In this document: in pieces, positions 1 to 8,922 of the stretch
Numbering within the stretch: the first letter of the stretch is position 1
How the letters are laid out: each line of letters begins with the position of its first letter
Source: Candidatus Babelota bacterium
GTDB taxonomy: Bacteria > Babelota > Babeliae > Babelales > RVW-14
DNA length: 64,000 bases
Direction: 5' to 3'
Assembly (NCBI GenBank): GCA_018266175.1
Contig: JAFEAY010000016.1
Span: 1,029 to 65,028, forward strand
Notes under the pieces: generated by a model
The model's database searches: none
The model's input: the letters and a program-made list of their open reading frames with translations, nothing else
Told to the model about the DNA's origin: nothing
Made by a program: the position numbers and the translations under genes

Positions 1-2
1 AT

Positions 3-374
3 GCTTTAGCATATGCTCAAGGCGATAAAACTAGAGGTGTTGAAACAATCGTCACTGTGTCAAAAATTAACGTTAAAGCCATTAGACAAAAGACGGGTCT
101 CACTCAAGAAGCATTTTCTCAACTTTTTGCTATAAAAGTTAGAACGCTTCAGGATTGGGAACAGCACAGAAGAAATCCAAGCATTGCAGCGCGTATCTTT
201 TTATCATTAATTGATCAACATCCATCAACAGTCAAAAAAACGTTAAAGTCTCTGGGCTATCCCCTTAAATCTTCTGTCGGCAAAAGCAAAGCAATATCCA
301 AGCCCAAAGTAAATAAATCTTCTAGAAAAATTGAGGATCCTCGACCAATTAAAAATAAATTGCGGCTTCGTTAA
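3..374 (+). CDS. XRE-family helix-turn-helix protein, antitoxin-like (MqsA/HigA-style); 5' end cut by the window edge
   Basis: The frame is open from position 3 (ALAYAQGDKTRGVETIVTV...), so the GTG at 57 is probably internal. The motif 'VKAIRQKTGLTQEAFSQLFAIKVRTLQDWEQHRRNPSIAARIFLSLI' matches the common HTH antitoxin pattern (IR..lGlSQ..FA..fG.s.rTlq.WEqGrr.P.g.a..ll). The tail is Lys/Ser-rich. Confidence 0.6.
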   Translation, partial: ALAYAQGDKTRGVETIVTVSKINVKAIRQKTGLTQEAFSQLFAIKVRTLQDWEQHRRNPSIAARIFLSLIDQHPSTVKKTLKSLGYPLKSSVGKSKAISKPKVNKSSRKIEDPRPIKNKLRLR

Positions 375-497
375 TTACCAAAGTCGCGTTGAAAAGTTGA
401 AATTCAGGTCACAGCATGTACTTCTGCGCTCACGCTGTGGCCTAAATTTCATTTTTTGGTCTCAGATGTATCTGAACTTAGACAGAGCCAAAAAAAT

Positions 498-2552
498 TTA
501 TGCAACAATTGCACTGAAACAGCTACTCACCAATTGAAAACGTTTTTGAAAATAATCTGGCAATGTTACAAAAACATGACGCCAACCATCACCAAGATTA
601 ACAACCTCGCTTTGTTGATAACATCGCTCAAGCTGAACAACCAGTGCAATCTGTTCAAACGAAAGGTCTGGATATAAATTCCACACCTTAATCGTTCCAT
701 CAGCAGAGGCAAAAACCAGTCCACCATCATTCAGTTGCTCGATACATCTAGCCCAAACTCTATGCTCATCAAGTGGGGCAATGCATCTATTGGTATTTAA
801 ATCCCACACCTTAATCGTTCCATCACAATAATCAGAGACCAGTCGACGATCATCCAGTTGATTGATGCAACTAACAAAACGTGTATGCGCCTCAAGCGTG
901 ACAACGCACCTGTTGGTATTCAAATCCCACACCTTAATCGTTCCATCATCAGAACCAGAAGCCAGTCGACCATCATCCAGTTGCTTGATGCATTTAACCA
1001 AACGTGTATGCGCCTCAAGTGTGGCAACGCACCTGTTGGTATTTAAATCCCACACCTTAATCATTCCATCACCAAAACCACAAATCAGTCTACCATCTTT
1101 CCGTAGCTTAATGCATCTAATCCAATGTTTATGCCCCTCAAGTGTGGCAACGCACCTGCTAGTATCCAAATCCCACACCTTAATCGTTCCATCATCAGAA
1201 CCAGAAACAAGTCGACCATCATCCAGTTGCGTGATGCAATTAACCCAATCTGTATGCCCCTCAAGTGTGGCAACGCATCTGTTGGTGTTTAAATCCCACA
1301 CTTTAATCGTGTTATCATTTGAACAAGAAACCAGTCGACCATCATTCAGTCGCTTGATGCATTTAACCGAACTTGTATGCCCCTCAAGTATGGCAACGCA
1401 TCTGTTGGTATCCAGATCCCAAATCTTAATCGTTTTATCTTTTGAACAAGAAACCAGTCGACCATCATCCAGTTGCTTGACGCAATTAACCCAATTTGTA
1501 TGCCCCTCAAGTATACTCACACTCACTTCAGCTCCTTCATTATCACCTACCATTAAGCATTCTGGAAAATAGTGGGCATACGATGTCATTGATGATTCAC
1601 TAAAACTGTGCTGCATCACATCATACCGGCTTGCTCTGCCGATCTCCCGATTCATGAGCATCGAAAAATTGTTCGGCACTTGCGCAGAAAGCCGATCAAA
1701 GAGTCCCTGATCCAGATCTTGGGTTATGTCGACATGATTGATTATCTGTTTGAGCTGTGCAACAAATTGCGTGTCACTGGTTGCTCCAGAAAAAATTCTT
1801 GCGCCTTTTTTGCAATGTTGATCATTAACCAAAGCTTGTGATGGAAAGTTTTCATCTGAATATTCAATCATTTCTATCTCTGAACTTTCACAAATCAGAT
1901 TTTCTTTTTGCGCTTCTTGCTCACGCGCTTCGCGTTCATGCATAAGCTCAAGATTCAATTGCAGCTGCAATGCTTGCGCCAGCTTTTCATCATCTCCAAC
2001 ATCCGGTTGCACCGCAATTTCAATGCCGCATGCTGATAAATCTCCCATACTCTGCAACGCTTCCAAACTTTGAATATTTCCACAAGCCAAAGCATCGCAA
2101 TGGCGTTTGTTCTGTATAAACTCGCAAAGAATGTGCTCAAGACTATGCTGTTCTTGCTGCACCTCAAGCAAGCGACATGACGGATTATTAACCGCAATTG
2201 CTTGCTCAAAATCCACAAAAAATCTTTGCATTATTTCAATTTTTCTTTTGATCAGATCGGTATCGTTAAGCTCCATAAATTCCAAAAGAATTGTCGGATC
2301 TTTTTCTATTTTTTTACAGAGTTCTTTGTATGCACTGTTTATCACTTCAAAATTTGCTTGAAAATTTTCAACTCCTGGATTTTCTTGCAAATTTTCAGAG
2401 CACGTTGTAAAAACCTTGATTGCAGGATTAAAGATGTTGAGCAAGCACTTAACTCGCTGGTGCACCCCTTGCTCAAAGAAATTTCCATTCATGGCCTGTG
2501 CTGTATTTGCCAATAAAACAATCGTAAGAATAAGCATCAACCGTGTAACCAT
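498..2552 (-). CDS. Exported WD40-repeat protein, paralogue 1 (signal peptide, Cys-containing N-domain, acidic linker, 7 WD blades, conserved C-terminal YPD...LPDYFQKRF module)
   Basis: N-terminus MVTRLMLILTIVLLANTAQA looks like a Sec signal peptide. Seven repeats of the type 'LxDGRLVSxSxDxTIKVWDLNTNRCVATLEGHTxxVxCIxQ'. ATG is preceded by AAGG (rc 'acaaggttttttATG'). Confidence 0.9.
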   Translation of the reverse strand: MVTRLMLILTIVLLANTAQAMNGNFFEQGVHQRVKCLLNIFNPAIKVFTTCSENLQENPGVENFQANFEVINSAYKELCKKIEKDPTILLEFMELNDTDLIKRKIEIMQRFFVDFEQAIAVNNPSCRLLEVQQEQHSLEHILCEFIQNKRHCDALACGNIQSLEALQSMGDLSACGIEIAVQPDVGDDEKLAQALQLQLNLELMHEREAREQEAQKENLICESSEIEMIEYSDENFPSQALVNDQHCKKGARIFSGATSDTQFVAQLKQIINHVDITQDLDQGLFDRLSAQVPNNFSMLMNREIGRASRYDVMQHSFSESSMTSYAHYFPECLMVGDNEGAEVSVSILEGHTNWVNCVKQLDDGRLVSCSKDKTIKIWDLDTNRCVAILEGHTSSVKCIKRLNDGRLVSCSNDNTIKVWDLNTNRCVATLEGHTDWVNCITQLDDGRLVSGSDDGTIKVWDLDTSRCVATLEGHKHWIRCIKLRKDGRLICGFGDGMIKVWDLNTNRCVATLEAHTRLVKCIKQLDDGRLASGSDDGTIKVWDLNTNRCVVTLEAHTRFVSCINQLDDRRLVSDYCDGTIKVWDLNTNRCIAPLDEHRVWARCIEQLNDGGLVFASADGTIKVWNLYPDLSFEQIALVVQLERCYQQSEVVNLGDGWRHVFVTLPDYFQKRFQLVSSCFSAIVA

Positions 2553-2595
2553 AAAAAACCTTGTATTCTATAAAAGAGAAAATCAATGCCGTAAA

Positions 2596-4359
2596 TCAAC
2601 CAACAACCGATTGAAAGCGTTTTTGAAAATAGTCTGGCAATGTTACAAAAACATCTCGCCAGCCATCGCAAAGATTAACGCGGTTGTCATCTTGATAACA
2701 TCGCTCAAGCTGAACTATCAGTGCAATCTGTTCGAATGAAAGGTCTGGATATAAATTCCACACCTTAATCGTTCCATCACCTGAACACGAAGCAAGTCGA
2801 CCATCATCCAGTTGCTTGATGTAATTAACAAAACTTGTATGCCCCTCAAGTGTAGCGATGCACTTATTAGTATTTAAATCCCATAACTTAATCGTTTCAT
2901 CATCTGAACAAGAAACAAGTCGCCCATCTTTCAGTTGCTTGATGAATAAAACCCCTTCAAGATGCCTCTTAAGTGTGGCAATACACCTAATTTCATTGAG
3001 ATCCCACACCTTAATCCATCCATACCTTTGTTCATCGTCATCGAAGTACACACCGCTCTCATCTGATGAACAAGAAACAAATCGAGCATCATCCAGTTGC
3101 TTAATGCAATTAATTGTATCTGTATGCCCCTCAAGTGTAGCGATGCACTCATTAGTATTTAAATTCCAAAGCTTAATCATTCCCTCATCTGAACTACCAT
3201 CAGATTCCTCATCTGGACGAAAACTAGAGCCAGAAGCTAGTCGATTCTCATTCAGTTGCTTGATACAACAAACCTCTGCAAAATGACCTTCAAGCGTGAC
3301 AAAGCACTTGTTGGTATGCAAATCCCACAACTTAATCGTTCTATCATGAGAGCCAGAAGCAAGTCGACCATCACTCAGTTGTTTGATGCAACTAACTAAA
3401 TCTGTATGCCCCTCAAGCGTGGCAACGGATGTATTTGTATTCAAATCCCATATCCAGATCATATTATCACTTGAACCAGAAGCAAACCGACTATTAGGCA
3501 GCAGAGTTATGCAATAAGCCACACTTCTATGCCTTTCAAGTGTGGAAACGCATGTATTTGTATTCAAATTCCATACCCTGATCGTTTTATCACTTGAGCC
3601 AGAAGCAAGACGACCATCAGGCAGCAGGGTTATGCAATAAACCCAACCTCTATGACCTTCAAGCGTGGCAACGCATGTATTTGTATTCAAATCCCATACC
3701 CTGATCGTATTATCCCGCGAAGCAGAAGCAAGGCTACCATCTGACAGTTGCGTTATGCAATAAACACAATCTTTATGCCCCTCGAACGTAGTACATGGTA
3801 CATCTTTTTTAATCATGCATTCTGGAAAATAGTGTGCATAAGAAGTCATGTGCGACTCACTAAAATTATGTTGCATGATATCATAGGTGCTTGCTCTGCC
3901 AATTTCTCGATTCATCAACATTGAAAAATTGGTTGGAGCACGTGCTGCAAGCCTGTCAAAAAAATCTTGATCCAAATTTTTGGTTATATCTACTTCGTTG
4001 TAAATTATTTGTTTGAGTTGGGCAACATACTGAGCATTATTTGTTGCTCTTGAAAAAACTTCCCCAGTGCGTATCACTGGGTCTTGATCTTTATCATAAA
4101 ATTCTTCATCTGAGTAAAATTCACTATCTTCAAAATCATCTTTATCAGCTACGCTATCACCTATGAAATCTTGATTTTCACACACCTCAGGTATATCTGT
4201 AGCTTGTTCATTTTGATCGCTGACAATACTCTGATCTTCATCAACTTTGACAACTTTGTTGTTGTCATTAATAAGATCTTGATTATCCCGCTCGCGCTTA
4301 CCAGCATGGACACTGTTAAGCGACAGACCAAACATTAGCAAAATTAAAAAACGTTTCAT
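2596..4359 (-). CDS. Exported WD40-repeat protein, paralogue 2 (different acidic N-region, 8 blades, same mid-domain and C-terminal module)
   Basis: Signal peptide MKRFLILLMFGLSLNSVHA. Shares 'NFSMLMNREIGRAS.YD.MQHNFSES.MTSYAHYFPEC' and the tail 'YPDLSFEQIALIVQLERCYQ...GWRDVFVTLPDYFQKRFQ' with paralogue 1. GGAGG lies 7 nt upstream of the ATG. Confidence 0.9.
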   Translation of the reverse strand: MKRFLILLMFGLSLNSVHAGKRERDNQDLINDNNKVVKVDEDQSIVSDQNEQATDIPEVCENQDFIGDSVADKDDFEDSEFYSDEEFYDKDQDPVIRTGEVFSRATNNAQYVAQLKQIIYNEVDITKNLDQDFFDRLAARAPTNFSMLMNREIGRASTYDIMQHNFSESHMTSYAHYFPECMIKKDVPCTTFEGHKDCVYCITQLSDGSLASASRDNTIRVWDLNTNTCVATLEGHRGWVYCITLLPDGRLASGSSDKTIRVWNLNTNTCVSTLERHRSVAYCITLLPNSRFASGSSDNMIWIWDLNTNTSVATLEGHTDLVSCIKQLSDGRLASGSHDRTIKLWDLHTNKCFVTLEGHFAEVCCIKQLNENRLASGSSFRPDEESDGSSDEGMIKLWNLNTNECIATLEGHTDTINCIKQLDDARFVSCSSDESGVYFDDDEQRYGWIKVWDLNEIRCIATLKRHLEGVLFIKQLKDGRLVSCSDDETIKLWDLNTNKCIATLEGHTSFVNYIKQLDDGRLASCSGDGTIKVWNLYPDLSFEQIALIVQLERCYQDDNRVNLCDGWRDVFVTLPDYFQKRFQSVVG

Positions 4360-4416
4360 CGTATAACCTCCGTACGAAAAACAGATAATTCAAATAAATT
4401 ACAATAAATAATTACA

Positions 4417-4445
4417 AATTTATATAAATATAGTCAATTTGTCAA
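4417..4445 (-). promoter_or_regulatory. Candidate sigma70-type promoter for WD40 paralogue 2 (TTGACA-17 nt-TAAATT)
   Basis: On the minus strand TTGACA is at 4445-4440 and TAAATT at 4422-4417, with a 17-nt spacer, about 58 nt upstream of the ATG at 4359. The region is AT-rich, so a chance match is possible. Confidence 0.3.
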
Positions 4446-4506
4446 AAATTAATTTATCCCTGAAAAAGAGGTAAGCCCAGGGATAACGATGCCGTCCGCC
4501 CGCTTA

Positions 4507-4716
4507 CTTGACTTACAACCTGCTCATGATAAGGTGATAGCCCAGGGGCACGTGAAACATTACAACGCTTGAAACGATCATGCTGGTAAGGAGAGTGTGT
4601 GAACAAAATCAATATTCCAGTCGTTATTCTGGCTGGAGGACTCGGAACTCGATTACGCTAAGAAACTGAATTTAGACCAAAACCGATGGTGCCAATTGGT
4701 GGTAAGCCAATTTTGT
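4507..4716 (+). pseudogene. Duplicated fragment of the rfbF upstream region plus its first ~39 codons, inactivated by an in-frame TAA
   Basis: 4507-4542 'cttgacttacaacctgctcatgataaggtgatagcc' parallels 9057-9092. From GTG 4599 the fragment reads [38 protein letters not shown], against the intact [39 protein letters not shown] at 9152. The stop codon is at 4659-4661. Confidence 0.8.
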
Positions 4717-4765
4717 GCTGCATCACATCATACCTGCTTGCTCTGCCGATCTCCCGATTCATGAG
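4713..4765. repeat. 53-bp exact duplicate of an internal WD40-gene segment (5741-5793), joined to the 3' end of paralogue 3
   Basis: 'ttgtgctgcatcacatcatacctgcttgctctgccgatctcccgattcatgag' occurs identically at 4713-4765 and 5741-5793. A copy with one mismatch lies around 1606-1658. In the intact copies it encodes MLMNREIGRASRYDVMQH on the minus strand. Confidence 0.9.
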
Positions 4766-6690
4766 TGCTGAACAACCAGCGCAATCTGTTCTAATGAAAG
4801 GTCTGGATACAAATCCCATAGCTTAATCGTTCTATCATCTGAACAAGAAGCAAGTCGCCCATCATTCAGTTGCGTGATGAATCTAACCCAATTTCTATGC
4901 CCTTCAAGTGTGGCAACGCACCTATTAGTATTTAAATCCAACAGCTTAATTGTTCCATCATCAGAACAAGAAGCAAGTCGCCCATCATCCAGTTGCGTGA
5001 TGCAATTAACCCAATCTCTATGCCCCTCAAGTGTGGCAACGCACCTGTTGGTATCAAAATTCCACACCTTAATCGTTTTATCACGAGAACAAGAAACAAG
5101 TCGCCCATCATTCAGTTGTTTGATACATATAACCGAATTTCTATGCCCTTCAAGTGTAGCGATGCACTCATTAGTATTCAAATCCCACACCTTAATCGTT
5201 TCATCATGTGAACCAGAAACAAATCGACCATCATTCAGTTGCGTGATGCATCTAACCAAATCTCTATGCCCCTTAAGTGTGGCAACGCACCTGTTGGTAT
5301 CCAAATTCCACAGCTTAATTGTTCCATCATCAGAACAAGAAGCAAGTCGACCATCATTCAGTTGCGTGATGCAATTAACCCCGCTTTTATGCCCCTCAAG
5401 TGTGGCAACGCACCTGTTAGTATTTAAATCCCATAACTTAATCGTTCTATCACAAGAACAAGAAACAAGTCGCCCATCATTCAGTTGCTTGATGCATTTA
5501 ACCGAGCCTGCATGCCCCTCAAGTGTGACAAAGCACCTGTTGGTATTCAGATCCCACACCTTAATTGTTTTATCACGAGAACCAGAAGTAAGTCGCCCAT
5601 CATTCAGTTGCTTGATGCAATTAACCCAACCTGTATGCCCTTCAAGTGTACTTACGTGTACTGCCGCTCCTTCATTACCACGTACCATTAAGCATTCTGG
5701 GAAATAGTGTGCATACGAAGTCATTGGTGGTTCACTAAAATTGTGCTGCATCACATCATACCTGCTTGCTCTGCCGATCTCCCGATTCATGAGCATCGAA
5801 AAATTGCTCGGCACTTGGGCAGAAATCCGATCAAACAGAACTTGATCCAGATCTTGAGTTATGTCGACATGATTGATTATCTGTTTGAGCTGTGCAACAA
5901 ATTGCGTGTCACTGGGTGCTCCAGAAAAAATTCTTGCGCCTTTTTTGCGCTTTTGATCATTAACCAAAACGTCTTGTGAAAAGTTTTCATCTGAATATTC
6001 AACAATTTCTATCTCTGAACTTTCACAAATCAGATTTGCTTTTTGTGCTTCTTGCTCACGCGCTTCGCGTTCATGCATCAACTCAAGATTCAATTGCAGC
6101 TGCAATGCTTGCGCCAGCTTTTCATCATCTCCAACATCTGGCTGCACTGCAATTTCAATGCCGCATGCCGATAAATCTCCCATACCCTGCAACACTTCCA
6201 AGCTTTGAATATTTCCACAAGCCAAGACATCGCAATGGTGCTTGTTTTTTATAAACTTGCCAAGAATGCGCTCAAGACTATGCTGTGCTTGCGGCGCGTC
6301 AAGCAGGCGACATGACGGATTATTAACCTCAATTGCTTGCTCAAAACCCACAAACAGGTTTTTTATTGTTTCAATTTTTTCTTTGATCAGATCTGTATCT
6401 TTGGGCTCCATAAACTCCAAAAGAATGGTCGGATCTTTTTCTATTTCTTTACAGAGGTTTTTGTATGCACTGTTTATCACTTCAAAATTTGCTTGAAAAT
6501 CTTCAACTCCTGGATTTTCTTTCAAATTTTCAGAGCACGTTGTAAAAACTTTGATTACAGGATTAAAGATGTTGAGCAAGCGCTCAACTCGCTGATGCAC
6601 CCCTTGATCAAAGAAGTTGCCGTTCATCGCATGTGTATTACTCATGAACATTGTTAAAACGAGTGAGAAATAAAGAATGGGAATATTCAT
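4759..6690 (-). CDS. Exported WD40-repeat protein, paralogue 3; C-terminally truncated, lacking the LERCYQ...LPDYFQKRF module
   Basis: The N-domain and mid-domain are very close to paralogue 1, with 7 blades. The protein ends '...YPDLSLEQIALVVQHS*', where the reading frame runs into the out-of-frame 53-bp duplicate. The likely start is ATG 6690 (MNIPILYFSLVLTMFMSNTHA, preceded by rc 'caaggtttttactATG') rather than the ORF-track start at 6738. Confidence 0.85.
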   Translation of the reverse strand: MNIPILYFSLVLTMFMSNTHAMNGNFFDQGVHQRVERLLNIFNPVIKVFTTCSENLKENPGVEDFQANFEVINSAYKNLCKEIEKDPTILLEFMEPKDTDLIKEKIETIKNLFVGFEQAIEVNNPSCRLLDAPQAQHSLERILGKFIKNKHHCDVLACGNIQSLEVLQGMGDLSACGIEIAVQPDVGDDEKLAQALQLQLNLELMHEREAREQEAQKANLICESSEIEIVEYSDENFSQDVLVNDQKRKKGARIFSGAPSDTQFVAQLKQIINHVDITQDLDQVLFDRISAQVPSNFSMLMNREIGRASRYDVMQHNFSEPPMTSYAHYFPECLMVRGNEGAAVHVSTLEGHTGWVNCIKQLNDGRLTSGSRDKTIKVWDLNTNRCFVTLEGHAGSVKCIKQLNDGRLVSCSCDRTIKLWDLNTNRCVATLEGHKSGVNCITQLNDGRLASCSDDGTIKLWNLDTNRCVATLKGHRDLVRCITQLNDGRFVSGSHDETIKVWDLNTNECIATLEGHRNSVICIKQLNDGRLVSCSRDKTIKVWNFDTNRCVATLEGHRDWVNCITQLDDGRLASCSDDGTIKLLDLNTNRCVATLEGHRNWVRFITQLNDGRLASCSDDRTIKLWDLYPDLSLEQIALVVQHS

Positions 6691-6818
6691 AGTAAAAACC
6701 TTGATTAACACAAACTTGATAATTAAAATACCCCACAAACCTTGATCAAATCGAATATATCACCACTCAAATTCTTCGATACACCTCGCTGCGCGAGGCA
6801 CTCAGGACGAGCAAAATG

Positions 6819-6840
6819 TAAGCCTTATCCAATAGGCTTA
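6819..6840 (-). terminator. Possible intrinsic terminator hairpin downstream of WD40 paralogue 4
   Basis: TAAGCCT / AGGCTTA forms a 7-bp stem. On the minus strand it is followed by 'cattttg'. A second hairpin CCTCGC-tgc-GCGAGG lies at about 6784-6798. Confidence 0.3.
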
Positions 6841-6879
6841 TCCCGCAAATTTGAATTATCGAATTCGCGTTGGTTAACT

Positions 6880-8922
6880 TCAGCTTACAAACTGTTCAAA
6901 GCGCTGCCAAAAATAGTCTGGTAGTGTTTCAAAAACATCCCACCAGCCTTCACCAAGAACAACAACTTTGGATTTTTGAAAATATTGCTCAAGATTAACA
7001 ATAAGCGCAATCTGTTCAAGCAAGAGATCATCATAAAAATTGAATATCTTAATATTCCCATTTTTCAAACCCGCCACAAGTCTACCATCGAGCAGTTGTG
7101 TTACATAACAAAAACAACCTTCTTTATTTAAGGAAATTGCCTTGACAGATTTTCCTTTTTTCAAATCCCATATCACGATTCTATGATTACATACCACAGC
7201 TACATGGCCATCATGTAACTCTTTTATACAATGAATCTCTGTCATATTGTGAGATAATTGAGCAATCAACTTCTTGGTCTTTAAATTCCATACCATCATC
7301 TTTCCATCAGATGAGCACGAAACAAGATTCCCATCACGCAGTTGCTTGATAAAATAAACTATACCCTCATGCCCGTTAAACGTGAAAAGACACTCTTTTG
7401 TATTTAAATCCCATATTTTAATTGTTTTATCGTCTGAACAAGAAGCAATATGACCACTATTTAATTGTTTTATGCAATTAACAATATTAGAATGCTTGAA
7501 AGTCGCGATACACTCCTTCTTATTCAAATCCCAAATTTTAACACTTGTATCCATTCCCCCAGATGCAAGATAACCATTATCCAGTTGTTTAATACAGTTA
7601 ATCCAACTATTATGCCCATAAAGATTGGCAATTACAATATTTGAATCCAAATCCAACACTTTAATTGGTTGACTATCTGAAAACAAAGCAAAGCTTCCGT
7701 CATTCAATTGTTTTAAATGTATTTGACTTCCATTAATCTTTTTTTGTATTGAAACATAACTACTTGTATTCAAATCCCACACCACTCTGGTACCATCACT
7801 TAAACAACAAGCAATTCGAGTATCATCTAACTGTTTTATAAAAAAAATCGAATCTCTTGAATTTCCAAGACTAATAGTTTGTAGAGCTTCAACTTCTCCA
7901 TTTCCATTCATCATGCATTCCGGAAAATGATGCGCATAAGAAGGCATGCAAAAATTGTGCTGCATAAGATTATACGGTGTTGCTCTGCCAATCTCTCGGT
8001 TCATCACCATCGAAAAGTTGGTTGGCGCATGCGCTGCAAGCTTGTTGAATAATTCTTGATCGAGCTTTTTGGTTATATCCATTCCGTAGATTATTTTTTT
8101 GAACTCTGCAATAAATTGTGTATCATTTGTTACGCCAGAAAAAATTGATGCCCCTCTTTGTTGTGTACTCTGGCATTCAGGCAAAACTTCTTCGTTAGAA
8201 AAACATTCAACCATTTCTATGGCTTGTTCATCTACCAAATTTTCATTTCTGAGATGTCCATTAAGCACACTTCGTTCTTGTGCTTCCCGCTCATACATCA
8301 ATTCAAGATTAGACTCAAGATTCAACTTCTGTTGCAGCTCCTGCGCAAGCTTTTCATCATCTGCAGTGTGCGGCTCTACAGTAATTTCAACCCAATCAAA
8401 CGCTTCTTGTTTGCGCTCAAAAAATGCTTCTAACGTTTCCATATTTCCTTGAGCCAGCGCATGACAGTGACATTTATTTTTTATAAACACATTCATAATG
8501 TGCTTCAGATTTTCCTGCTGGGACCCTGCATGCTCAAGCAACGAATACTTCGGGGTGTTAGCTGAAATAACTTGATGAAAAATATCAAAATAATTTTTTA
8601 TTGTTTCAATTTTTTCTTTGATTTGGGAAGTCTCTTTGAGTTCCATGAACTCGAACAGAAGGGACTGATCTTGTATTTTTTCGCACAGCGTTTTATATGC
8701 AGTGTTTATCACTGCAAAGTTTGTTTGAAAATTTTCAAGGCCAGGATTTTCTTTCAAATTTTCTGAACATGTCCTAAAAACGTTGATTGTGGGATTAAAG
8801 ATGTTGAGCAAATGCTCAACGCGCTGGCAAGTTCCCTGCTCGAAAAGATTATTGTTCATGGCATGAGTGCTGCTCATAAATGTTGCTACGATGAGTGAGA
8901 AAAATAGAGCGTGTAATTTCAT
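6880..8922 (-). CDS. Exported WD40-repeat protein, paralogue 4 (most divergent; same domain order)
   Basis: Signal peptide MKLHALFFSLIVATFMSSTHA. Same N-domain pattern (NLFEQG.CQRVEHLLNIFNPTINVF.TCSENLKENPG), 'DDEKLAQELQQKLNLE', the mid-domain 'NFSMVMNREIGRATPYNLMQHNF', 7 degenerate WD blades and the tail 'LLLEQIALIVNLEQYFQ...GWWDVFETLPDYFWQRFEQ'. I chose ATG 8922 by analogy of 'caaggttttgactATG' with the paralogues; the ORF track starts at 8928. Confidence 0.85.
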   Translation of the reverse strand: MKLHALFFSLIVATFMSSTHAMNNNLFEQGTCQRVEHLLNIFNPTINVFRTCSENLKENPGLENFQTNFAVINTAYKTLCEKIQDQSLLFEFMELKETSQIKEKIETIKNYFDIFHQVISANTPKYSLLEHAGSQQENLKHIMNVFIKNKCHCHALAQGNMETLEAFFERKQEAFDWVEITVEPHTADDEKLAQELQQKLNLESNLELMYEREAQERSVLNGHLRNENLVDEQAIEMVECFSNEEVLPECQSTQQRGASIFSGVTNDTQFIAEFKKIIYGMDITKKLDQELFNKLAAHAPTNFSMVMNREIGRATPYNLMQHNFCMPSYAHHFPECMMNGNGEVEALQTISLGNSRDSIFFIKQLDDTRIACCLSDGTRVVWDLNTSSYVSIQKKINGSQIHLKQLNDGSFALFSDSQPIKVLDLDSNIVIANLYGHNSWINCIKQLDNGYLASGGMDTSVKIWDLNKKECIATFKHSNIVNCIKQLNSGHIASCSDDKTIKIWDLNTKECLFTFNGHEGIVYFIKQLRDGNLVSCSSDGKMMVWNLKTKKLIAQLSHNMTEIHCIKELHDGHVAVVCNHRIVIWDLKKGKSVKAISLNKEGCFCYVTQLLDGRLVAGLKNGNIKIFNFYDDLLLEQIALIVNLEQYFQKSKVVVLGEGWWDVFETLPDYFWQRFEQFVS

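Noticed and set aside
700-1560. Regular ~120-bp direct repeats (also at 4800-5650 and 55000-55950) that could superficially look like a CRISPR or tandem-repeat array.
   Set aside because: The period is 120 bp with no alternation of conserved repeats and unique spacers. The units are in-frame WD40 blades within long ORFs, and there are no cas genes.
862-1572. Long antisense ORFs inside the WD40 genes (862-1572 +, 236 aa; 4874-5707 +, 277 aa; 2858-3286 +; 55160-55861 - fragments), themselves repetitive (…SSVATHLLVFKSHTLIV…).
   Set aside because: They are the reverse-complement reading of the periodic WD40 codons, which happen to lack stop codons in that frame. The sense frames have signal peptides, Shine-Dalgarno sequences and a clear WD40 signature, while the antisense frames have no start context or recognisable fold.
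1600-1850. Possible F-box in the WD40 mid-domain (…LDQGLFDRLSAQVPNNFSMLMNREIGRASRYDVMQ…), given the FBXW7-like blades that follow.
   Set aside because: Only a vague L-x2-L/hydrophobic spacing resemblance to the F-box consensus (LPxEILxxIxxxL…W). I cannot support the call by eye, so it is left as an HHpred test under the array finding and is not annotated.
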